Program-made: the position numbers and the translations under genes
In this document: piece by piece, positions 11,351-20,649 of the stretch
Layout: every line of letters starts with the position of its first letter
Numbering within the stretch: position 1 is the stretch's first letter
Assembly (NCBI GenBank): GCA_030145345.1
Contig: JAQYVT010000001.1
Span: 13,013-77,012, forward strand
Direction of reading: 5' to 3'
Source: Desulfobacterales bacterium
GTDB lineage: Bacteria; Desulfobacterota; Desulfobacteria; Desulfobacterales; UBA11574
DNA length: 64,000 nt
Notes under the pieces: model-generated
Told to the model about the DNA's origin: nothing
Database searches by the model: none
The model's input: the letters and a program-made list of their open reading frames with translations, nothing else

Positions 11351-13483
11351 ATGACCATTAGACGTGTCCTCATTTTTGCACCCATACTTCTCATTGTGGT
11401 CTTGTTGCAGTCGTATTTCTGGGTGCCGACCTACGAACAGCAAACAAGGGGCAATCCTGCGCGTCTTGCTGAATACATTGCCGGATCCATCGGTGATGCC
11501 AGCCTCCTTAATCCCATTCTTACAGCGGATTCTGCCAGCAGCAACATCCAGGACTTTGTGTTCGAGGGTCTTATTGACCGGGATGAGCAATTGCGCTTTA
11601 GGGGACGACTGGCCAAATCCTGGGAGGTTTTTGAAGAAGCTTTTTTTTATGTCAACCCATCCGCATCCATACCCGGTCTGGGCAAGGCGGACCCTCAAAC
11701 CCTAGCGGCCTTTGTGAAAGACGCGCAAAAAAAAAATCATGCAACAGATCCGGGGCTTAAAAATTCTCTAAAACGCATCACTGAAATTTCCGTGCTCCCG
11801 CCCAGTACCTTTTCGGTGACCCGGCCGTTCAAAGATCCGAATACCGACACACAGGAAACCATAGAAATCCGTGTTGCAGCACCCGCTAGAATCAAACTGG
11901 TTCTCAACGGCGTCGACCCGGATCTTTTTCAAAACCTGTCACACCTTCTGGGCAAAAATTACTTTGAGTCCTTTCACGGCAAAGACTACTTGAGTTCGCC
12001 GTCTCAGCACGGCAAAGAAAAATTGCCGGCATACGCCGAGGAACTGTTACCGGCCACTGAACACAACCCGATCCTGCTGTTTCACCTTCGGCCCGGGGTA
12101 AGGTTTCATGACGGCCATACGGTGGAAGCCGATGATGTCAAATTTACCTATGAAGCCATCATGAATCCCAAAAATCTTTCGCCTCGCATTTCAGATTACG
12201 AGCCGGTCAAAACGGTTCAAGTTGTTGACCCGCTGACCGTTAAAATCGTATACAAGCGGCTCTATTCTCCTGCCATTGGAACCTGGGGCATGGGAATCCT
12301 CCCCCAACACCTGCTGAATTCAAAAGCACTTGAAAAAGAAGCCTTGGGTCTGGGAAAAGACCTGAAAACTTTTTCCATGCGCCAGAGCACCTTCAACCGG
12401 CGCCCCATCGGATCCGGACCTTTCAAATTCCGTGAGTGGAAGTCGGACCAGTACATTACCCTGGATCGTTTCGACGACTACTGGGAAGGGCCGCCGAATT
12501 ATCAACGGTATGTCTTTCGGATTATTCCCGATCTTTTGACCCAGGAAATGGAATTTTATGCCGGCACCATCGACAGCTATGGTGTTCAACCCCACCAGGT
12601 GAAACGCTTGGAAAAAGATCCTAAATTTCAAAGCTTTGCCGGCACCGCTTTCGGCTATACCTATATCGGTTACAACATGAGACGAAAACCCTTTGATGAT
12701 CCCCGTGTACGAAGGGCATTGGGAATGGCCATTGATGTAGACAAGATCATCCAATACGTGCTGTATGGTCAGGGAGAACAAATCACCGGCCCTTTTGTCA
12801 AACAGACCGATTATTATAACCACCATATCCAGCCGCTTCCCTACGATCCCAAAGGTGCGTTAAAGCTGTTGGCGGCGGCCGGTTGGCAACGGAATAAGGA
12901 CGGCTGGCTTGAAAAAAACGGCCGGCGGTTTAAATTCACCCTCATCACCAACAGCGGCAACGATCTTCGAAAAGCCATACTGGCCATTGCCCAGAATGCA
13001 TGGAAACAGATCGGCATCGATGTCCGGACCGATCTTTTAGAGTGGTCTGTTTTTATACAAGAACGGGTAAACAAAGCAGATTTTGATGCGTTGATTTTGG
13101 GGTGGCAAATGGGAATCGAACCCGATCTATATCAGATATGGCATTCGAGCCAGACACATCCCTATCAGCTCAATTTTGTCAATTTTAAAAATCAAGAAGC
13201 CGACGATCTCATCATCAAGATACGGCAGGAATACACCCATGACCGACAGGTGGAATACTCGCACAGGCTTCATGAAATTATTGCAAAAGAACAGCCGTAT
13301 ACATTCCTTTATGTCGGAAAGTGGACCGCCGTTTTAGACAAGCGTATCGTCATAAAAGATGTCGATGATGCCGGAAACATACGGTATGAAAAAATAAAAC
13401 CCACCCAGACCGGCAATTATGCATTCTATTTCAACAAGTGGATAAAGCTTCCAAAGGCCCCGAACTTTATGGATGAAGGATAG
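11351..13483 (+). CDS. ABC transporter substrate-binding protein, family 5 (Opp/Dpp/nickel type), unusually long
   Basis: 710 aa with an N-terminal signal/anchor helix. LAKSWEV...FHLRPGVRFHDG and the YTFLY-type C-terminal motifs of family-5 SBPs are present. Confidence 0.85.
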   Translation: MTIRRVLIFAPILLIVVLLQSYFWVPTYEQQTRGNPARLAEYIAGSIGDASLLNPILTADSASSNIQDFVFEGLIDRDEQLRFRGRLAKSWEVFEEAFFYVNPSASIPGLGKADPQTLAAFVKDAQKKNHATDPGLKNSLKRITEISVLPPSTFSVTRPFKDPNTDTQETIEIRVAAPARIKLVLNGVDPDLFQNLSHLLGKNYFESFHGKDYLSSPSQHGKEKLPAYAEELLPATEHNPILLFHLRPGVRFHDGHTVEADDVKFTYEAIMNPKNLSPRISDYEPVKTVQVVDPLTVKIVYKRLYSPAIGTWGMGILPQHLLNSKALEKEALGLGKDLKTFSMRQSTFNRRPIGSGPFKFREWKSDQYITLDRFDDYWEGPPNYQRYVFRIIPDLLTQEMEFYAGTIDSYGVQPHQVKRLEKDPKFQSFAGTAFGYTYIGYNMRRKPFDDPRVRRALGMAIDVDKIIQYVLYGQGEQITGPFVKQTDYYNHHIQPLPYDPKGALKLLAAAGWQRNKDGWLEKNGRRFKFTLITNSGNDLRKAILAIAQNAWKQIGIDVRTDLLEWSVFIQERVNKADFDALILGWQMGIEPDLYQIWHSSQTHPYQLNFVNFKNQEADDLIIKIRQEYTHDRQVEYSHRLHEIIAKEQPYTFLYVGKWTAVLDKRIVIKDVDDAGNIRYEKIKPTQTGNYAFYFNKWIKLPKAPNFMDEG

Positions 13484-13486
13484 ACC

Positions 13487-14446
13487 ATGGTATCATTTAT
13501 CGGACGAAGTTTTGTACAAAAAATTATCACCCTCTTTTTTGTCTCCATCGTTTCTTTTTTGATTATTCATCTTGCACCGGGAAAACCGAGCCAGGTCGAT
13601 CCCATGAATCCAAAATTTACACCCGAAATGGTGGAACGCTTCAGCAAAGAATTCCATCTGGATAAGCCGCTGTATGTCCAGTATGTCTACTTTTATCAGG
13701 ACCTGTTTACCGGAAAAACCGCATCATGGAAAGACAATCAATCGGTCCTTAAAAAAATTTGGGAACGATTTCTAAACAGCCTCCCCCTGTTTATTGTGGG
13801 AACGCTCATAACCTGGACCCTTTCTTTCCCGGTCGGCATCCGGTCGGCCATTTTCAGAGAAGGCGTCTATGACCGAACCGCCACATTCTTGTCTTACTTG
13901 CTGATTTCCATACCCGGCTTCTTCTTCGCTTACGTTCTCATAATTTTTGTGGTGACCCGTTTCCATGTACCGGTTATCGGCATGGAAACTTTCGGGATCG
14001 GAGACGCTTCCCTCCCTTACATATTGATGGACAGGATCTGGCACATGCTCCTTCCCTCGGTCCTGGGAGCAACCGGCGGCATTGCAGTCCTTTCCCGGTA
14101 TGTTCGAAGCCAGATGCTGGAAGTGGAAGGTCAGGACTATATTCGAACCGCCCGGGCCAAGGGCCTTCCCCCGGAACAGGTCCATTATAAACATGCGCTC
14201 CGAAATGCGCTTCTGCCGTTCGTCACCATGTTCGGCCTGATTTTACCCGGTTTGATCGGGGGATCGGTCATCATCGAATCCATCTTTTCCTGGCCCGGCA
14301 TGGGGCGTATGGCCTATGAAGCGATTCTGGCCAGGGATTACCCGGTTATCCTGACGGTTAATTTTGTTTCAGCCGTTTTGGTGCTGGCCGGCACCTTTAT
14401 ATCGGACCTTCTTTACCTGATTGTCGACCCGAGGATACGCCTGTAA
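13487..14446 (+). CDS. ABC transporter permease (OppB/DppB-like)
   Basis: 319 aa, polytopic, with the IRTARAKGLP motif typical of OppB/DppB. Confidence 0.9.
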   Translation: MVSFIGRSFVQKIITLFFVSIVSFLIIHLAPGKPSQVDPMNPKFTPEMVERFSKEFHLDKPLYVQYVYFYQDLFTGKTASWKDNQSVLKKIWERFLNSLPLFIVGTLITWTLSFPVGIRSAIFREGVYDRTATFLSYLLISIPGFFFAYVLIIFVVTRFHVPVIGMETFGIGDASLPYILMDRIWHMLLPSVLGATGGIAVLSRYVRSQMLEVEGQDYIRTARAKGLPPEQVHYKHALRNALLPFVTMFGLILPGLIGGSVIIESIFSWPGMGRMAYEAILARDYPVILTVNFVSAVLVLAGTFISDLLYLIVDPRIRL

Positions 14447-15618
14447 TGAATCTGAATGAAACGACGGTTACCAAAGATTTCCATGTGGAGGCGCCGCTGA
14501 CCCCGAAGCGGACACGGTGGGAGGAATTCTGGCTTCTGTTCGGACAAAACCGGCTTGCCATTCTGGGGCTGCTCATTTTTATCCTGTTCTTCTGCTGCGC
14601 AATCACGGGTCTTTTCCTGACCTCGGGATCCAAGCCCATTTTTGATCCATCTTTGGTCCGCCTCGAGGAAAAGTTGCGACCCCCTTTTTCAAAACCCAAT
14701 CTCGACTTGCTGGAACCCGACCAAGTTCCAACCTTGAATTTCTATCTCATGGGAACCGATGATCTGGGAAGAGATGTTTTTGCGAGAATGCTTCAAGGGG
14801 CATGGGTTTCGCTGACCGTCGGTTTTGTTGCCGTGGGAATATCGGTACTCATCGGCATCTTCATGGGCGGAATTGCAGGCTATTTCGGACAACATTACCT
14901 TAAAATAGACCATATTCTGTTGACGTTATTATTGGTTTCAGGAACAGGACTGATAATTCTCGATGTTATCCGCTTCGGCGCGGCACTTTTATTGCTCTGC
15001 CTGGCATACATCGTTTATGCTGTCTTGACCCGGCACAGATCCAAGAAAAAAGCATCTCCATCATGGGGGGCAATGTTTCACATCAATGCGGTCTCCGTGG
15101 ACACCCTGATCATGAGAATCGTGGATATTATGCTCTGCTTTCCGAGCTTTTTTCTGATTTTAACGGTGGTGGCGATTCTCCCTGCAAGCATCTACAATAT
15201 TATGATCGTCATCGGATTGACCAGCTGGATGGGGACCACGAGGTTTGTCCGCGCTGAATTTCTCTCCCTGAGGGAACAGGACTTTGTGGCGGCGGCAAAG
15301 GCGCTGGGCATCGGTAATTTCAGGATCATCTTTCGGCACATGATGCCCAATGCCGTCGCGCCGGTGCTGGTCTCTGCCACCATCGGTATCGCTTCCGCCA
15401 TTTTGACAGAGGCCGGCTTAAGCTTTCTTGGATTCGGAGTCCCCCCGCCCCATGCCACCTGGGGCAATATCCTTTCGAACGGCAAAAACTTCATTTTTGA
15501 TGCGCCCTGGCTGACCTTCATTCCGGGGATCACCATATTGATCGTGGTGCTCTCTTTTAACCTTTTTGGTGAAGGTCTCAGGGATGTACTGAACCCGAAA
15601 CTCAGGGAAAGACATTAA
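14446..15618 (+). CDS. ABC transporter permease (OppC/DppC-like) with an internal insertion
   Basis: 390 aa. The motifs FVAAAKALGIGNFRIIFRHMMPN and DTLIMRIVDIMLCFPS are present. The start overlaps the previous stop (ATGA-type coupling). Confidence 0.9.
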   Translation: MNLNETTVTKDFHVEAPLTPKRTRWEEFWLLFGQNRLAILGLLIFILFFCCAITGLFLTSGSKPIFDPSLVRLEEKLRPPFSKPNLDLLEPDQVPTLNFYLMGTDDLGRDVFARMLQGAWVSLTVGFVAVGISVLIGIFMGGIAGYFGQHYLKIDHILLTLLLVSGTGLIILDVIRFGAALLLLCLAYIVYAVLTRHRSKKKASPSWGAMFHINAVSVDTLIMRIVDIMLCFPSFFLILTVVAILPASIYNIMIVIGLTSWMGTTRFVRAEFLSLREQDFVAAAKALGIGNFRIIFRHMMPNAVAPVLVSATIGIASAILTEAGLSFLGFGVPPPHATWGNILSNGKNFIFDAPWLTFIPGITILIVVLSFNLFGEGLRDVLNPKLRERH

Positions 15619-15624
15619 ACAAAG

Positions 15625-15839
15625 GGACGTGTTCAGGGGGTGCGCTTCCCCGTGTAACGATATTGGCGGAGTGGCTTCGTTATTTCAATGACTTAGCTGT
15701 GGGGGAGACCGCGGCTCCCGCATGCTTTTTGCGGGAGAACGCGGAGGGGGCAGGAATGCCCCCGCTGTTAAGTCTTTGAAATGACCAGACACATAGACAC
15801 CGGAGTGAAGCGGGGGAGCGCACCCCCTGAACACGTACA
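15625..15839 (+). mobile_element. MITE-like non-coding palindromic element, copy 1
   Basis: Terminal inverted repeats ACGTGTTCAGGGGGTGCGCTTCCCCG (15627-15652) and CGGGGGAGCGCACCCCCTGAACACGT (15811-15836) are 25/26 complementary. No ORF. A second copy lies at 42148-42389. AACAAAG flanks both sides (15618-15624 and 15840-15846). Confidence 0.7.
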
Positions 15840-15889
15840 AACAAAGAATTCCTAAAGTGAACTAAAGTATATAAATTTTAAAGAAAAAA

Positions 15890-16885
15890 ATGACAGACAA
15901 CAATACCCTTCTTTCCGTACGAGATTTAAAAGTATATTTTCGAAGCGGCGACGCCTGTGCCCGTGCCGTGGACGGGGTCCGTTTCGAGATCCGGAAAAAA
16001 GAGACGGTGTGTATTGTGGGTGAATCCGGATGCGGAAAAACCGTCTCTGCACTCAGCATCCTGGGCCTCGTTACAACGCCGCCCGGAGAAATCATCGCCG
16101 GCCGAATCGTGTTCGCAGGACGAAATCTCTTGGAACTCAGCGAAGAAGAGATGCAAAAGATCCGGGGAAACCATATTGCCATGGTTTTTCAAGAACCTCT
16201 GACATCGCTGAATCCGGTCTTTACCATCGGAGACCAGATCTCGGAAGCCGTCCGTATCCATAAAAAGATCGGGGCCCAATCGCTTCATGAAAAATGTATT
16301 CGGCTCTTGAAGGACGTGGGAATTTCCGCTCCTGAAAAACGACTTGAAGACTATCCCCATCAGCTCAGCGGCGGTCAGAGACAACGGGTTATGATCGCAA
16401 TGGCACTGGCGTGTGACCCGGATCTGATTATTGCAGATGAGCCGACCACCGCCCTTGATGTCACGATACAGGCTCAGATTCTTGCGCTTTTCGGGTCTAT
16501 TCAGAAAAAACAATCCATGTCGATTCTATATATTACCCATGATCTCGGCGTCGTGGCCGCCATCGCCGATCGGGTTTATGTCATGTATGCCGGCATCATT
16601 GCCGAGCAGGGAAATACGGAACAAATCTTTCGTAATGCCCGGCATCCGTATACTCAAGGACTCCTTGCATCGCTTCCCAGCCTTTCGAAACGGGGCCAAA
16701 GACTTTACAGCATCCCCGGAACGGTACCAAACCCGGCGTATAAGCCGGCAGGGTGCCCCTTTCATCCGAGGTGTCCCCATAAAGCGCCGAGCTGTTATAC
16801 AGAATATCCTAAAATGTGCGATTACGGCCAAGGGCATCTGGCCCGCTGTCCGATACTGTTTCAAAACGAAGGTCGTCAACCCTAG
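15890..16885 (+). CDS. ABC transporter ATP-binding protein (OppD/DppD-like)
   Basis: 331 aa with Walker A GESGCGKT, signature LSGGQRQR, and a C-terminal HPYTQGLL oligopeptide-transporter domain. Confidence 0.92.
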   Translation: MTDNNTLLSVRDLKVYFRSGDACARAVDGVRFEIRKKETVCIVGESGCGKTVSALSILGLVTTPPGEIIAGRIVFAGRNLLELSEEEMQKIRGNHIAMVFQEPLTSLNPVFTIGDQISEAVRIHKKIGAQSLHEKCIRLLKDVGISAPEKRLEDYPHQLSGGQRQRVMIAMALACDPDLIIADEPTTALDVTIQAQILALFGSIQKKQSMSILYITHDLGVVAAIADRVYVMYAGIIAEQGNTEQIFRNARHPYTQGLLASLPSLSKRGQRLYSIPGTVPNPAYKPAGCPFHPRCPHKAPSCYTEYPKMCDYGQGHLARCPILFQNEGRQP

Positions 16886-17878
16886 ATGAAATCAAAAAAT
16901 AAAAATAACCCCATCATTCTTTGCGTTAAAGATTTGAAAAAATATTTTCCCATACGCAGAGGTTTTTTCCAGAAAATCTCCGGGTGGGTGAACGCTGTGG
17001 ACGGCGTCAGTTTTGAAATCGAACGGGGAAAAACCATGGGTTTGGTGGGTGAAAGCGGCTGTGGAAAAACAACGGTCGCCCGATTGATTCTGAAGCTTCT
17101 GGCGCTGGATGAAGGAAAAATTATTTACCAGGGAATCGATATCAGTGGATTTTCCGAAAAAGAGATGAAACCCCACCGAAAAGAGATGCAGATTGTTTTC
17201 CAGGACCCCTTCGGATCACTGAATCCCCGAATGACCGTTGGCCAGTCTGTGGAAGAGGGGTTACGGATTCTTGGCCTCAAAAGCCACGGGATGCGCAAAG
17301 CCCGCCTTGAAAAACTCATGGAAATGGTGGGCATGTCCCCGGACAGCACCGACCGGTATCCCCATGAATTCAGCGGGGGCCAGCGCCAGCGTATCGGCAT
17401 TGCCCGAGCCTTGAGCGTGGAGCCGTCCCTGATCATATGCGATGAACCCATATCGGCCCTGGATGTCTCTATCCAGGCCCAGATCATTAACCTTTTAAAA
17501 GACTTGCAGGATCAGCTGGGGCTAAGTTATCTTTTCATCTCCCATGACCTTAATGTGGTGGGCTATCTGTGCAACACCATCGCGGTGATGTACATGGGAC
17601 AGGTCATGGAGTATGCATCTGCTGAAGACATTTTTGACAACCCGCATCATCCCTATACCCGGTCATTGCTCGCTGCGGTTCCCGATTCCGAGCCGGGAAA
17701 AAAAATGGAAATTACGCTTCCGAAAGAGGATGTTCCCGATTCCCCGGCGGCGCTCCAGGGATGTAAATACCGGTCTATGTGTTCCATGGAAGCGCCCCGC
17801 TGCCGGAAAGAGCAGGTCCTTTTCGAAAAAATCGGGGAAAAACATTTTGTCAGATGCTGGAAAGCAATGAAAAAATAA
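16886..17878 (+). CDS. ABC transporter ATP-binding protein (OppF/DppF-like)
   Basis: 330 aa with Walker A GESGCGKTT, signature FSGGQRQR and HPYTRSLL. The start abuts the previous stop. Confidence 0.92.
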   Translation: MKSKNKNNPIILCVKDLKKYFPIRRGFFQKISGWVNAVDGVSFEIERGKTMGLVGESGCGKTTVARLILKLLALDEGKIIYQGIDISGFSEKEMKPHRKEMQIVFQDPFGSLNPRMTVGQSVEEGLRILGLKSHGMRKARLEKLMEMVGMSPDSTDRYPHEFSGGQRQRIGIARALSVEPSLIICDEPISALDVSIQAQIINLLKDLQDQLGLSYLFISHDLNVVGYLCNTIAVMYMGQVMEYASAEDIFDNPHHPYTRSLLAAVPDSEPGKKMEITLPKEDVPDSPAALQGCKYRSMCSMEAPRCRKEQVLFEKIGEKHFVRCWKAMKK

Positions 17879-18039
17879 AACGCCCCGCCCAAAGGGGCAG
17901 GGTATCGTCAAAAGCACGTGAGTGCTTTAATCGTTGCATTTGCGACCGGGTGCAACCCATCTGGTTTTTGGCCAAAATAAACCGGATCTCCCGAGTGCTT
18001 GTGGGCCAAGTTGTTCTAAGACCCAAATGGATATAATTT

Positions 18040-18846
18040 TTGCTGTCACAAGGAGGATCAATCGTGGACCCTGTATTGCTGGAAAAGGACGGACCCATGG
18101 CATGGCTTACATTGAATCGTCCGGAAAATCGGAATGCACTCTCTCTGGAATTAATGGGGGACATGCGCCATAAACTTAACACCATCGCACAGGACCCGGA
18201 TGTCCGTGTGGTGGTCATAAAGGGAAACGGCCCGGCGTTCTGCGCAGGGCATGACCTTGGAGAAATGGTGGGGTCAGATTTGGATATCCAGCATTTTAAC
18301 CATTTGTTTTCGGTATGCGCTGAAATGATGCAAACGCTTCAAAAACTGCCCCAGCCCGTTATTGCTCAGGTTCACGGCATTGCAACGGCAGCAGGGTGTC
18401 AGCTGGTTGCGGCCTGCGATCTCGCCACTGCAGAAACCGGTGCTCAATTCGCCACACCGGGGGTCAAAATAGGCCTCTTTTGTTCCACCCCGGCAGTACC
18501 GCTGGTTCGGATTATCGGAAAACGAAGAGCCATGGAAATGCTGTTGACAGGGCGTTTTATCTCAGCCGAGGAGGCCGAAAGGTACGGGCTGATCAACCGG
18601 ATCGTCCCCCCGGAGAACCTTGCCGAAAAGACCCGAAGCCTGGCAATGGAAATCGCTCAATACAGTCGGTACACGCTCGCTTTTGGAAAAGACACTTTTT
18701 ACAAGCAGGTCGATCTCGATATGAGATCTGCTTACGATTATGCAACCCGTGCAATTGCCATAAACTGCGTCGATGAAGATGCCCAGGAAGGTATGCGGGC
18801 GTTTCTTGAAAAGCGGACGGCCAAGTGGAAAATTCGGCATGAATAA
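18040..18846 (+). CDS. Enoyl-CoA hydratase/isomerase (crotonase) family protein
   Basis: 268 aa with WLTLNRPENRNAL, GNGPAFCAGHDL and the FLEKR C-terminus typical of crotonase-fold enzymes. Confidence 0.88.
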   Translation: MLSQGGSIVDPVLLEKDGPMAWLTLNRPENRNALSLELMGDMRHKLNTIAQDPDVRVVVIKGNGPAFCAGHDLGEMVGSDLDIQHFNHLFSVCAEMMQTLQKLPQPVIAQVHGIATAAGCQLVAACDLATAETGAQFATPGVKIGLFCSTPAVPLVRIIGKRRAMEMLLTGRFISAEEAERYGLINRIVPPENLAEKTRSLAMEIAQYSRYTLAFGKDTFYKQVDLDMRSAYDYATRAIAINCVDEDAQEGMRAFLEKRTAKWKIRHE

Positions 18847-18873
18847 AGGGAGCCGGCAAACACCGGCTCCCTT
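18846..18873. terminator. Bidirectional hairpin terminator between convergent genes
   Basis: Perfect stem AAGGGAGCCGG / CCGGCTCCCTT with a 6-nt loop. T-rich on the plus side (TTTGAT) and A-rich downstream (a T-run for the minus-strand rpsI transcript). Confidence 0.6.
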
Positions 18874-18894
18874 TGATCTAACAGAAAAAAAATT

Positions 18895-19290
18895 TTAGCG
18901 TTTTGAGAACTGGAAACGGGCCCGTGCACCCTTCTGGCCGTATTTCTTTCTTTCCTTAACCCTTGGATCACGCCGAACAAAACCTGCTCTTTTCAACGCC
19001 GACCTTAAATCAGGATTGGCCAGCAAAAGCGCCTTGGTGATGCCGTGCCGGATTGCGCCGGCCTGTCCTGAAAAACCACCACCGGCAACTTTGGCTTTTA
19101 TATCAAATGACCCGAGCGTATTTGTCAGAACGAGTGGCTGCTTCACAGCTGTTTTTATCGACTCAATCTTAAAATAATCATCAATCGACAGGTCATTCAC
19201 GGTGATATTACCGTCTCCGGGTTTTAACCAGGTCCTGGCTACGGCATTTTTCCGTTTACCAGTCGCATAATAGACGTTTTCGTTCTCCAT
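18895..19290 (-). CDS. rpsI: 30S ribosomal protein S9
   Basis: [16 protein letters not shown]...[26 protein letters not shown]. The start was set at MENENVYY (the ORF track starts 12 nt earlier). Confidence 0.97.
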   Translation of the reverse strand: MENENVYYATGKRKNAVARTWLKPGDGNITVNDLSIDDYFKIESIKTAVKQPLVLTNTLGSFDIKAKVAGGGFSGQAGAIRHGITKALLLANPDLRSALKRAGFVRRDPRVKERKKYGQKGARARFQFSKR

Positions 19291-19328
19291 ACCATTCCCC
19301 AATAATTAAGAACACTTATTTTTATAGG

Positions 19329-19763
19329 TTAAATTTCGAAAATTTCAGGCTGCTGGGCCTCATGCGGGTGCGTATCAGACGAATATACTTTTAATTTTTT
19401 AAAAAGTTTTCTCCCCAGTCTATTCTTTGGCAGCATTCCCTTAACGGCAAAACGAATCAAATCTTCAGGTCTTTTTTCCATCAGTTTCTTGGCCGTAATG
19501 GTCTTCAGCCCGCCAATGTAACCGCTGTGCCGGTAATAGTTTTTTTGATCCCATTTTCTCCCGGTCAGCACAATCTTCTCCGCATTGACAACAATCACCC
19601 AGTCTCCGGTATCAGCATGTGGGGTAAAAAGGGGATTGTGCTTTCCCCGCAAGCGGGCCGCCACAGAACTGGCAAGTCTTCCCAGAACCGCGCCTTCGGC
19701 ATCAACAAGGCACCATTTGCCTGGGTTGTCCTCATTTTTTGCACTATATGTATATTTTTTCAC
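19329..19763 (-). CDS. rplM: 50S ribosomal protein L13
   Basis: 144 aa with [17 protein letters not shown]...[13 protein letters not shown] start preceded by AAGGAG. Confidence 0.97.
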   Translation of the reverse strand: MKKYTYSAKNEDNPGKWCLVDAEGAVLGRLASSVAARLRGKHNPLFTPHADTGDWVIVVNAEKIVLTGRKWDQKNYYRHSGYIGGLKTITAKKLMEKRPEDLIRFAVKGMLPKNRLGRKLFKKLKVYSSDTHPHEAQQPEIFEI

Positions 19764-19795
19764 TGGATTTTCTCCTTCATATAAAAAACCTCACA

Positions 19796-19824
19796 CATTT
19801 AAATAAAATTTGCCCTTGTGTCAA
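19796..19824 (-). promoter_or_regulatory. Candidate sigma-70 promoter for rplM-rpsI
   Basis: On the minus strand: TTGACA (19824-19819), a 17-nt spacer, then TAAATG (19801-19796), about 30 nt upstream of the rplM start. Confidence 0.35.
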
Positions 19825-19851
19825 GGGAAAAAACACAAACCGAGTCAATAA

Positions 19852-19880
19852 TTGACACTAAATATGATTTCTAATATAAA
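19852..19880 (+). promoter_or_regulatory. Candidate sigma-70 promoter for the CYTH/EEP gene pair
   Basis: TTGACA (19852-19857), a 17-nt spacer, then TATAAA (19875-19880). Confidence 0.3.
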
Positions 19881-19982
19881 CAAATTATTAAATCGCTTGG
19901 CGATGTTATGTGCCGTCCGCTTTCAGCGGGACTCAAAAATCATCCATTAAAAGATTTTGAAATGGTTTGCAGGCAATGTCAA

Positions 19983-20594
19983 ATGGAAAATTTGGAAACC
20001 GAGGTAAAATTTTATTTGTCGGATGTGAATCCGATACGCCGCCGGATTATTGAGCTTGACGCCGATTCCAAGGGTCGCGTCTTTGAGACCAACCTGCGGT
20101 TTGAAGATGCCGATAACCGTCTGATTCAAAAAAAATCTCTCCTGAGGCTCCGAAAAGATATCAAAACCACCCTGACGTTTAAATCGGAGCCCCCGTTCAA
20201 AGACGATCAATTTAAAACATTAAGGGAGTTCGAAGTCGAAGTTTCCGACTTTGCCGGCATGAAAAAAATTCTGGAATCTTTAGGGTTTCATGAAGAACAG
20301 GTTTACGAAAAATGGCGTGAAACCTTTGTGTTGCGCGATACGCACCTCTGTCTCGACACCATGCCCTACGGCGACTTTCTCGAAATCGAGGGCCCTAAAA
20401 AATATATCAAAGAACTGGCATCCCGAATCGGGCTCAAGTGGCACAAAAGAATACTCCTGAATTATCTTGCCATATTTGATGTCATACGCAAGCAATTGAA
20501 TCTGGGGTTTTCTGATGTCACATTCGAAAACTTTAAAAATATTCGATTCGATCTTGCCGAACATCCCGGTCTGCTGGATGTGGATGCCCGTTAG
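19983..20594 (+). CDS. CYTH-domain protein (class IV adenylate cyclase / triphosphate tunnel metalloenzyme family)
   Basis: The N-terminal EXEXK signature (MENLETEVKFYL) is at the Met chosen here; the ORF track starts at 19908. Length of about 200 aa is typical of CyaB/CYTH. Confidence 0.7.
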   Translation: MENLETEVKFYLSDVNPIRRRIIELDADSKGRVFETNLRFEDADNRLIQKKSLLRLRKDIKTTLTFKSEPPFKDDQFKTLREFEVEVSDFAGMKKILESLGFHEEQVYEKWRETFVLRDTHLCLDTMPYGDFLEIEGPKKYIKELASRIGLKWHKRILLNYLAIFDVIRKQLNLGFSDVTFENFKNIRFDLAEHPGLLDVDAR

Positions 20595-20649
20595 TTCATT
20601 ACCCATCGAACGCATTGCGATCTCGCACGATTTCAACCTGGAGCATACC

